Assembly (NCBI GenBank): GCA_044892525.1
Contig: CM097885.1
Coordinates: 22,384,001-22,448,000, forward strand
DNA from: Schmidtea polychroa
Lineage: Eukaryota
Length of the DNA stretch: 64,000 bases
Reading direction: 5' to 3'
Within the stretch, counting starts at the first letter, position 1; each line of letters opens with the position of its first letter. Of this stretch, positions 56,041 through 64,000 are shown one piece after another. A model generated the notes under the pieces. The model had not been told where the DNA came from and ran no database searches. It was given only the letters and a program-made list of their open reading frames with translations. The position numbers were made by a program, and so were the translations under genes.

Positions 56041-56829
56041 TTATAACTTCGTATACTTATTAAATTTATCTTTTGAAATTATTCCTTGTTTTAATAATTC
56101 TTTAGAAATCTTTAAAATATCAGAATCTAAATTATTATGTCCTGCTTTTTTAGCTGCTAATAGTTTTCTTAATTCAATAAAAAGATTGATTGGGTTTATC
56201 TCCTTACCCTTTCCCTGACCCTGGCCCTCTCCTTCTGTGACAATATAACCCCTTTCATTTTTATTTAAATATTTCTTTAAATCTTGAATATGTTTTGCTT
56301 TAGCACTACCATGTACTAATTCTATTAAATTTAAATATTTTTTAATTTCTAGAAGATCAACATTCTCTGAGGGATATCCACAAACTAATCCATAAAAATC
56401 ATCTGTAAATTCAAAATCTAGGTGTTTAGTATTATAAACATTTTGTGAATGAATACGTGATTTATTTTCTGAATTTAAATATAACAGAAAGTCATGTTTA
56501 TTAATTGTTATTATTTGATATCCTTCAACATTAATATTAAATGTAGGTTTAATTGTTTTACTTAAACTCACATTAATTTTAGGATCAAGTATAAGAGGTT
56601 TTATATTTAAATCTTCCAACCATGGTAATTCTTTTAAATCTTGTTTATCTTCCAACTCTTTAAATTTTAAAACTTCTAACTCTTTTATGGCTTTAATTGT
56701 TGGTCCTTGTTGTTGGATTACCTCATTTAATATTATAGATTCAGCGTGTTGAGTTGTATCTTTTTTATTATATTTATCTTGTTCTGATTGTAATTTTTTT
56801 AAAAGTGCTAATCTTTCTTCATATACCAT
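56041..56829 (-). CDS. Conserved Polinton core/structural protein (262 aa)
   Basis: C-terminal ELRKLLAAKKAGHNN...ELLKQGII preceded by GEGQGQGKG, as recalled from invertebrate Polinton proteins. Confidence 0.65.
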   Translation of the reverse strand: MVYEERLALLKKLQSEQDKYNKKDTTQHAESIILNEVIQQQGPTIKAIKELEVLKFKELEDKQDLKELPWLEDLNIKPLILDPKINVSLSKTIKPTFNINVEGYQIITINKHDFLLYLNSENKSRIHSQNVYNTKHLDFEFTDDFYGLVCGYPSENVDLLEIKKYLNLIELVHGSAKAKHIQDLKKYLNKNERGYIVTEGEGQGQGKGKEINPINLFIELRKLLAAKKAGHNNLDSDILKISKELLKQGIISKDKFNKYTKL

Positions 56830-56851
56830 TTTAATGGTATTAAAAATGGTA

Positions 56852-57460
56852 TCATTTTGGTAAAGGATCCGTTGGAAAGGGCTTCAAGTATAATCCTTTA
56901 CCATTTTTAGTTTTACAAAGGCATCCATTCTTTAAAGATTTACATATTTTTTTTAAATCTTCTTTATCTTTTGAAGATAAAGATTCAGATGTAGAAATTT
57001 GATTTTTTAAAAAATCATTTAAACCTCTACCTTTATAAGGATCAAGATAGAGACCTTTGCCCTGAGACTTTTGCCGACTCCCCTCATATGGATTAAGATA
57101 GAGACCCTTTCCAAAGGACACTCCCCCTTTAGCTTGCCCTACCTTCTTCATTGAATCGATTTCAGTTTGTAGTTTTTCTTTTTCTAGGTCTGTCTTTTGA
57201 GATTCTTTAGCTTTTTGAACTGTAGTTGCAATTCCTCCAGCTATTCCAGCAGCACCTGATAAACCAGCAATGATTGCAGGTATTAAAGCAGCCAATGGAA
57301 GAATGCCTCCGGATTTGGAGGAACTCCCTATATGTTCTTTAACTTGTTCTTTTACATGTTTTCCAATAAAATATTTCTTACCAGAGATTACTACTGATTT
57401 ATTTTTATTTGAATTTATTAATTCTTGCAAAGATTCCTCTGTAGGGTTTTGTGTTGTCAT
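56852..57460 (-). CDS. Adenovirus pX-like core protein (202 aa)
   Basis: SGGILPLAALIPAIIAGLSGAAGIAGG resembles adenovirus pX GGILPLLIPLIAAAIGA; three GKGLYL(N/D/K)P repeats. Confidence 0.75.
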   Translation of the reverse strand: MTTQNPTEESLQELINSNKNKSVVISGKKYFIGKHVKEQVKEHIGSSSKSGGILPLAALIPAIIAGLSGAAGIAGGIATTVQKAKESQKTDLEKEKLQTEIDSMKKVGQAKGGVSFGKGLYLNPYEGSRQKSQGKGLYLDPYKGRGLNDFLKNQISTSESLSSKDKEDLKKICKSLKNGCLCKTKNGKGLYLKPFPTDPLPK

Positions 57461-57476
57461 TTTATAATAAATAAAA

Positions 57477-58271
57477 ATGGATACTTGGAAACCAATTTTA
57501 AATAGACATAAATCTAAATTTAATAATAAAGTATTTCCTGATAATTTTAGATGCTTAATTATTGGATCTTCTGGATGTGGAAAGAATGTTCTTCTTATGA
57601 GAATGTTATTAGAAGATGGTTTTTTGGATTATAATAATTTAATCTTTTATTCTACAACCATTAACCAACCGAAATTACAACTTTTGAAATGTGGATTTGA
57701 AAATAAATTAACTAAAAAAGCTATAATTGATATTTTTAAAAATCAACATACATATCCCGAAGAGGTTTTTCATCCTTGTGATATGGTTGATTGGTACAAG
57801 GAAAAGATTTTAGAATCAGATATTAGTAATAAAAATGATTATATAGGGGATGGAATCCAGATCTTATTCTCTAATAAACCTGAAGATGTTTTACATTGTG
57901 ATTTACTTCCTAAAGATAAAAAGAATCTAGTTATATTTGATGATGTTGTTAACATGAAAAATCAAGAGATTCAAAAGAGTTACTTTACACGAGGTCGACA
58001 TAATAATTGTAATGTTATTTATATATCTCAAACATATTATGCTTTAGATAAAAACTCTATAAGAAATAATTCTAATTGTTTTATATTTTTTAAATTAGAC
58101 AAGCGTGATAAGAATATGATTTATAATGATTTATTTTCAAATGTTGAACCTGATAAGAATATGTTTGATATGTTTGTTGATAATCATTGGAAAGAAAAAT
58201 ATAATTATATTTATTTGGATAGAGAAGAAGCTGAAATATGGAAAAGTTTGTTTAAGGGCTTGTCGACTTAA
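57477..58271 (+). CDS. A32/FtsK-like genome packaging ATPase
   Basis: IIGSSGCGKN (Walker A, with N in place of T/S), LVIFDD (Walker B), TRGRHNN..IYISQ, IRNN. Confidence 0.93.
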   Translation: MDTWKPILNRHKSKFNNKVFPDNFRCLIIGSSGCGKNVLLMRMLLEDGFLDYNNLIFYSTTINQPKLQLLKCGFENKLTKKAIIDIFKNQHTYPEEVFHPCDMVDWYKEKILESDISNKNDYIGDGIQILFSNKPEDVLHCDLLPKDKKNLVIFDDVVNMKNQEIQKSYFTRGRHNNCNVIYISQTYYALDKNSIRNNSNCFIFFKLDKRDKNMIYNDLFSNVEPDKNMFDMFVDNHWKEKYNYIYLDREEAEIWKSLFKGLST

Positions 58272-59098
58272 AAATCTGTTTTCTGTAACTCATTATTATA
58301 AAATCTACCTAATATTTTTTCATTATTTAAATCAATGATGCTATATGTTATTGGAGTTGTATAATGTATTTTATTTATAATAAAAATTTCATTTGTCCAT
58401 TTTGCTGTGAATCCTTTTTCAAATTTATTTTTATATTTAAATATTCTTACGCGGTCACCAATTTTAAATTTTGGTTTTATAGGGGTTGTATCAACAATAA
58501 CATCATTTTCAATATTTACCACTTTAACTGTTTCAGGATTCAAGGAAGCATTTAAAGGTGTTGATTTTATAGAACTATGTACATCATTATTATATTCATT
58601 TACAATCTTTTGTAACAATTCATTGTTCCATTTTTGTTTTCCAATAGCAGTAAAATATTTCCACATTTTATTTTTTAATGTTCTATTTAATCTTTCAACC
58701 ACAACTGCTTTTCCTTCGTTTTCTGTTGAATATAATTTAATATCATTTTCATTTAAAAACTTTGTAAAAACTTTGTTATAAAATTCTGTTCCTTTATCAC
58801 ACCATAAATATTTTGGAATTCTTTGATATTCTTCAAATATATTTTCAAATGCTTCTGTAATTGAATATCCTGTTTTATTTTCTAAACACCTTGCAAAAGC
58901 AAATCTTGTATATAAATCTATTACTGTTAAAATTATTTTATATTTTTCAGGGTCTGATGATTTGGGCATAAAGACTAAATCAGCAGACCATGTTTGATCT
59001 TTTTCATGTACTTGAACTTTTAAATATTTTTTATTTTTTCTAAATTCATGGTGTAATTCGTTGGCATATTTTATTTGTGATTCTGTTGGGGTTTGTAA
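58268..59098 (-). CDS. int: Polinton retroviral-type integrase lacking its start codon
   Basis: The frame extends upstream of the tracked ORF as YANELHHEFRK...TWSADLVFM (first D), then CDKGTEF, VERLNRTLK, KFKIGDRVRI, FYNNELQK; no ATG before the upstream stop. Confidence 0.9.
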   Translation of the reverse strand, partial: LQTPTESQIKYANELHHEFRKNKKYLKVQVHEKDQTWSADLVFMPKSSDPEKYKIILTVIDLYTRFAFARCLENKTGYSITEAFENIFEEYQRIPKYLWCDKGTEFYNKVFTKFLNENDIKLYSTENEGKAVVVERLNRTLKNKMWKYFTAIGKQKWNNELLQKIVNEYNNDVHSSIKSTPLNASLNPETVKVVNIENDVIVDTTPIKPKFKIGDRVRIFKYKNKFEKGFTAKWTNEIFIINKIHYTTPITYSIIDLNNEKILGRFYNNELQKTDF

Positions 59099-60092
59099 GG
59101 GTAAATTCCATTCTATTTATTGGATAATAAGAACTATTTAATTGAATTTGTATTGTTTTTAAATTATCATCTCCAATCTTTTGAATAAATAGATTGTTAT
59201 TTTTTTGGAAAGATGAATCTACTTCTTTGAATCCAATCAAGATATATCTTGGTCGGTATGCTAAATTTGCCACCTTTATAGAATATGTTGAACCCTCTGT
59301 CATACTAAATTCACTACAGATTCTATTTAAATAATTTACATTTATAGACTTGTTGGAATTTAATCTTTCAAGGAGTTTGATTTCAGAATGTGGATTTAAT
59401 GTCCATTCAGGTATATGTAATTCAAGTGTTGATAATTTTAATTTAGCTTTTGTATCTGCAGCTCCATAGAACAATCTTTTATCACTTTCTACTCTATTAC
59501 AGATGAATTCTATAAAAACATTATGGAGCACCCGGTTATAGTTTTGAAGGAATCCGAACAAGTGTTTTAATTCAAAATAACCTTCAAATTTTTTCAACTT
59601 ATAAAGTTCAGCTCTTTTATAGTAAGCATAATTTATATCTAAACCATCTTTATCTGTATCTCCTTTATTAACATCAGGAATCCAACCTGTTAATTCACCA
59701 TATTCATTTTTATAATCACAACCAGTCAAAATAAAATTTAACATTGTAGAATATACTCCTGGATGTAAAACAGTTTCAATTTCTGATGATCCTAGTTTTA
59801 ATCTCATGTTGGAGAATAAATTTGGAAAGAAATTATTTTCTAGGGTTATATCTTTGTTTGCTTCAATTTCTAATTCAATTTTATAATATAATTTGGCATT
59901 ACAAATATCTATAGGGTTTGATGTTTGAAGAGATTGAAAAACTATATCACCCCTACGATTTAAGTTTGCAATAGATCCTGAAGTTGGGGATATTTTTAAA
60001 ATATCATTTTTTTTAATTTCATGAGTAAATTCTTTATTATAATCAAGATTTAATTTATTTTTTTCTTGAATTTTAAGATTTATATTATTCAT
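59046..60092 (-). CDS. Major capsid protein (double jelly-roll, PY), C-terminally truncated
   Basis: NNFFPNLFS, EIE..HPG, LKHLFGF, LHIP, RPRYILIGF, LNSSYYP; then the ORF runs out of frame into integrase sequence. Confidence 0.88.
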   Translation of the reverse strand: MNNINLKIQEKNKLNLDYNKEFTHEIKKNDILKISPTSGSIANLNRRGDIVFQSLQTSNPIDICNAKLYYKIELEIEANKDITLENNFFPNLFSNMRLKLGSSEIETVLHPGVYSTMLNFILTGCDYKNEYGELTGWIPDVNKGDTDKDGLDINYAYYKRAELYKLKKFEGYFELKHLFGFLQNYNRVLHNVFIEFICNRVESDKRLFYGAADTKAKLKLSTLELHIPEWTLNPHSEIKLLERLNSNKSINVNYLNRICSEFSMTEGSTYSIKVANLAYRPRYILIGFKEVDSSFQKNNNLFIQKIGDDNLKTIQIQLNSSYYPINRMEFTLTNPNRITNKICQRITP

Positions 60093-60146
60093 TTTTATAT
60101 ATTAAAATTTACACACACAATAGGATTAATTAAATATATTATGTAA

Positions 60147-60227
60147 GCCATTATAGCGGAGTGGGAATAGGCTTCAATTTTATCACCGGGAGTCCGGGTT
60201 CAATTTTCGATTTTGGTCAATTTTTTT
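60147..60227 (+). ncRNA. tRNA-like Pol III unit 1
   Basis: A box TAGCGGAGTGG (60154), B box GGTTCAATT (60197), T7 at 60221. Confidence 0.6.
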
Positions 60228-60379
60228 CGATATTTTTTTTTCAACGGAATCTGATTCAGCGTACTGATTTTAGTATATATTTAAATTTTCAGATGGATCT
60301 GAGTGGTAGTTGTCGAGAAAATGAATAATTAATTATTAATTTCATCAATAAATAGTCACACATTAACAACTTATTTTAT

Positions 60380-60461
60380 ATTGAGTATAGCTTAGTGGTA
60401 ATAGCACTCGACTGCATTCCCAATACCAATGGGTTCAAATCCCATTTCGGTCATTTTTTTT
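60380..60461 (+). ncRNA. tRNA-like Pol III unit 2
   Basis: A box TAGCTTAGTGG (60388), D stem GCT/AGC, T arm ATGGG-TTCAAAT-CCCAT, T8 at 60454. Confidence 0.7.
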
Positions 60462-60619
60462 CAAATTTTTTTTTTAAACAAAATATTGATCAGCATACTC
60501 GATTTAGTACTTGTACAAATTTTAAAGGTGATTGGTCAACGGCAACTCTTGGAAATTTAAGATCAAAAACGTTTTAACTTGAATCGATTATTTATAGTCT
60601 AAAAAATGACAAAAATTCA

Positions 60620-60704
60620 AACCTTGATGGCGCAGTGGGAATAGACTGGCACAGTGGTTCAAATGGATAGCGGTTCAAATCACATCTGAGGTTAGTTTTT
60701 TTTT
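60620..60704 (+). ncRNA. tRNA-like Pol III unit 3
   Basis: A box TGGCGCAGTGG (60628), B box GGTTCAAATC (60672), acceptor-like AACCTT/GAGGTT, T9 at 60696. Confidence 0.65.
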
Positions 60705-60870
60705 CAACATAAAATAATATTAAAAATTTGAAAATAATATTGAAAATAGTGTGGGTATCTTATATTTATAAAGTACTTGTATATTTTATTTTATTTATTT
60801 TATTTTATTTTATTTTTTTTATTAATTAATTATTTTTTAAACATAAATATGAAAAAAAAAATATTGAAAC

Positions 60871-60948
60871 GGGTGATGGTGGCGAACCGGTAATTATCGC
60901 CACCTGTCTTTCGAACACCCCCGGATCGATCCCTTTCTCAGTTGTTTT
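60871..60948 (+). ncRNA. tRNA-like Pol III unit 4 (divergent), at the head of a longer structured segment
   Basis: A-box-like TGGCGAACCGG (60880), B-box-like GGATCGATCCC (60923), T4 at 60945; same spacing as units 1-3. Confidence 0.45.
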
Positions 60949-61174
60949 CGGACCTCTTTCGGATTCGCTTTCGAATTCATTTGTACTTTCGAGCAGCACG
61001 CTTAAAACGCCGTTGAAATCGACTTCGTGAGCGAGAAGCGAATAATAAGGCGTGCTGCTATTATCGGATTGATTCTGATGTATGAGTCTGGCCAGCTTGT
61101 ATATTGGAAGAGATTTGATAAACGAAAGAGGTTGATAAATAAAAAAAAAAATGATCCGGATCAAAAAAAACTGT

Positions 61175-61220
61175 TGAGGGGACAGTGAAAAAAAAAAAAA
61201 AAAATACCACTGTCCCCTCA
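61175..61220. other. 13-bp perfect hairpin with an A-rich loop next to the right TIR
   Basis: TGAGGGGACAGTG / CACTGTCCCCTCA, extendable by AAAACTG/CAGTTTT. Confidence 0.85.
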
Positions 61221-61277
61221 GAGCAGTTTTACTATTTTCATAAAATTTTTTATTTTTAAAACTTTCAAAACCTTAAG

Positions 61278-61610
61278 GTGATCAGGCGACCTAGATCATT
61301 ATGAATTAGGTAATCTGATATTCTTATAACATTAAATCCTTATAACATTAAATCCTTAAGACCAAGTAGTGAGGAATCTATGCACCCCGTTACCTTTTCT
61401 CGGAATTACTAATCTATAAATACATCTATTCCGAACTTTTTTACTTTTAAGGGAAGAAATTAAGGGTTAATGGCAATAGGGGACAAAGTTTAAAAGTTAA
61501 AAAAAGTGAAGAATATGGGGTAAAAAAGCATATAAATGTGGAAAATATGGGTCAATAGCGCTGTTTTTTTTTAGGGTGGGGGTGCTGGGGTGCATAGATT
61601 CCTCACTACT
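61278..61610 (-). repeat. Right TIR of the Polinton
   Basis: Reverse complement of 48304-48636. Confidence 0.97.
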
Positions 61611-61770
61611 TATATAGGTACGGAAACACCCACAACAACCGCATAAAAATGTCAATTATGATATTAATCAAATAATTAATAATTTAATGAATGTTAGAAA
61701 AGTATCAGAAAAACTATTTAAATAATTTATAAAAAAATGTCTATCAAAATCATATAAAATGTACGAGTTT

Positions 61771-63769
61771 TCAAAATTTCAAATCAAGAAGGATTTGAGC
61801 CAGTGCTTTCCCCTGAAAATTACCAACAATTATAATAAATTACTTTTCAAATCAACCTGAGCATCAAATCTTAACGAGGCCACTCCTCCACCATCTAGTG
61901 CATTTTTTAAAACAAAATTTAGAGCCTTAATTCCCGGAAGCTCATATCTAGACATTATAAATTTAGATTGAAACTTTAAAGTATTTTATTGCTAATAATT
62001 TATAAATACACTACTTTGATATTTTATAATTTACTATCTTTATTACTAGACTTCGTTCAGGATATATTCAAACTAATTCTTTAATCATTATTATTATTAA
62101 TTTTATTGATCCTATTTGTGAGATATTTTCAGCGAGAATTAAATATTTCAATGATTTATCAAAATAATTTTAAATTGTAAATAATTGACTATTAAAATAA
62201 CTTTTAAATAATTTTTAAATTGGATTTTTTAAGTTGAAATTTTTGAATTAAAAATTAAAATAGCTTTTTAAAAAAGAAGTTTTATTAATGGAAAATTTTT
62301 AAATAAATATATATTTAAATATTGAAATTTTGATAAATGGTTTTGAAAAGACTTTATTCAACGCTGAAAATTTGTTTAAAATTATACAATATGTCAGGTG
62401 ATAAATACTTGGGATTTTGTCGTTAACTTTTGAACCGGATTAAAAAATTATTTATAAGATGTTTTAGCAGCTTCTAATACTATTATTACAATTTTATTAC
62501 CTGGTTATATATAATAGATTTAGTCTCTTGTTGATCATAAACGATGATGAAAAACGCGCAGGGATTCTTCGCTCTTGACATTACCATATTCAGCTAACAT
62601 TGACCTGTTAAATCCAAGCGTTTCAGTTAGATAGGAATAATAACATTTACAAGTGTCACGTCGTTAGCGTTCGTTGTTTGGAAGAAGTTCTTGTGATAAA
62701 CAGACAAACCCATAATGAATTTTAAAAAATAAAACTTTAATTTATGCCAATTCATTTAATTTATATATCCGGTTGCATTTCATAACATTTCTGTATTGCG
62801 TGTTGGGTTGACATACATTACATGTCTGAAGTTAATTTAAAGGTAAAGGCCTAATAATATTATTTTACCAAGAAATTATTTGAAGTATATGAAGGCCTGG
62901 ATATGAAACGGAATTTATATTCAATAAAATCTACTCCCTCTGTCCCATAATACTGGATATTTGAAGAGTTGAAGAAAAGAATTAGTTGAATAATAAAACG
63001 AAAAGAAGTTATTTGATTATTTGAATAAAGTTTGGAAGAAAGTCAAAGGAAACAACCAGCTCAAATTCCAGTTCAGAAACCAATCAGTAATTTTTGATCT
63101 TTAAACCCGGTATTATACACAAGTGATATTCCTCACCGAGTGTTGTAATAAGCATTGTATAGTCACCAAGCAGACTGTTGAATTTATTGTCAGTGTCAAG
63201 TGAAAGTTTATTTGTGATTATCAATAAAGATTTCTGTTGTCAAGTGTTATTTGTGAATCATATAAAGACACGCTTGGAGTCAGAGTAACATTTTAAATTT
63301 ATCACCGACTCAATAACCCAACATATTCTTGAAATTACAACACTAAATATTTGAACAAAAACGACGTTAATGTAAAGAAAAATTAAAATATTCAAGAAAT
63401 CATGATATGAAAAAAATCCCAGTTATAATTAAAAGGTACAAAAACCTAAAATTATATAACCTTTCAATGTTTCCATGCCAATCATTATCTGGAAAAACAT
63501 GATTAAGATATGATCCGACTACATCCGTAGTTAAATTCGTTTTAATGATTTCCCAAGCATCATTATTTCTAGACACAACACCAATGTTACAAGTATTTCC
63601 TTTATCACCACTTCGAGCATATGCCAAATCTCTCAAAGTAAAAGAGTTACTCAATTTCTGATAATCAGATTTTGAAATATTCAATGATTCTTTACAATGA
63701 TTTGAATTTATAATGTTAACTTTTTCTGATGGCAAAGAAAATTCTTCAGAATTAATTTTAACTGAGACC
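61771..63769 (-). CDS. Host AtuA-family (acyclic terpene utilisation) protein, 3' exons
   Basis: Exons ~63769-63461, 61947-61857 and 61812-61771 join at GT-AG sites to give LAYARSGDKGNTCNIGV...IER-YELPGIKALNFVLKNALDGGGVASLRFDAQ-GKALAQILLDLKF*; the gene continues upstream. Confidence 0.85.
63141..63342. mobile_element. Possible solo LTR in the AtuA intron
   Basis: TGTTGTAAT...ATTACAACA termini and an internal AATAAA; no TSD. Confidence 0.35.
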
Positions 63770-64000
63770 TCAAGATGAAATAATTTTAATAAAATCAAAT
63801 AAAATTGTTTAATTAATTCAATGTTTTGAATACCTTCACAATATTAAAGTGATTAATCATAAATGAAAAGAAACTTGAATACCAAAAGTCATTGTAATAA
63901 TATGGAAGTTCCCATTAAAAATCAATTAATTTAACCTTTTCTCTTTTTAACCCTTTGAACGCGTTAAACAAAAAATAAAATTGAATCTGAAAAATGCAAA

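Larger units (their letters stand above)
48304..61610. mobile_element. Polinton/Maverick (13.3 kb), apparently with an internal deletion
   Basis: 333-bp TIRs starting AGTAGTGAGG; 6-bp TSD TATATA (48298-48303, 61611-61616); pPolB, capsid, protease, ATPase and integrase genes. Confidence 0.98.

Noticed and set aside
53741..60100. TAAAATG at most Polinton gene starts as a poxvirus-like late promoter
   Set aside because: The same context precedes the host-derived cofilin ATG, so AT-rich Kozak context explains it.
60147..60704. Canonical decoding tRNA genes
   Set aside because: No 5-bp anticodon stem with a 7-nt loop can be drawn; reported as tRNA-like instead.
61075..61132. Hammerhead at CTGATG...CGAAA
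   Set aside because: Core reads CTGATGT, and I could not form stems I and II.
60826..61164. 112-aa minus-strand ORF in the Polinton
   Set aside because: No motifs and a non-ATG start; openness is explained by local GC richness of the structured segment.

Overview
AT-rich eukaryotic genomic DNA, probably an invertebrate. Short GT-AG introns, (AAT)n and (TA)n microsatellites and a flatworm-like cofilin fragment suggest a flatworm, but that is inference. The window is mostly mobile DNA. (1) A 10.8-kb non-coding palindrome (1263-12093) has ~5.1-kb arms, AGTAG...CTACT ends and an AATAAT target duplication, so it is probably a non-autonomous Polinton derivative; each arm holds an SRP/7SL Alu-domain-like RNA motif. 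(2) A 5'-truncated Penelope-like element with a candidate hammerhead. (3) hAT and pogo/Tigger relics. (4) An intronless in-frame cofilin-RACK1-PRP19 chimera. (5) A compact 4.7-kb Ty3/Gypsy element with AGTTA...TAACT LTRs. (6) A degenerate gag-bearing region. (7) A 13.3-kb Polinton/Maverick (48304-61610) with pPolB, penton, protease, pX-like core protein, ATPase, integrase and a truncated major capsid gene. (8) The 3' exons of a host AtuA-family gene. The best candidate for an undescribed system is inside the Polinton, between the capsid gene and the right TIR: four regularly spaced tRNA-like Pol III units (A box, B box, T-run) followed by a highly base-paired GC-rich segment, reminiscent of adenovirus VA RNAs. 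All family assignments come from motifs recognised by eye; no searches were run.
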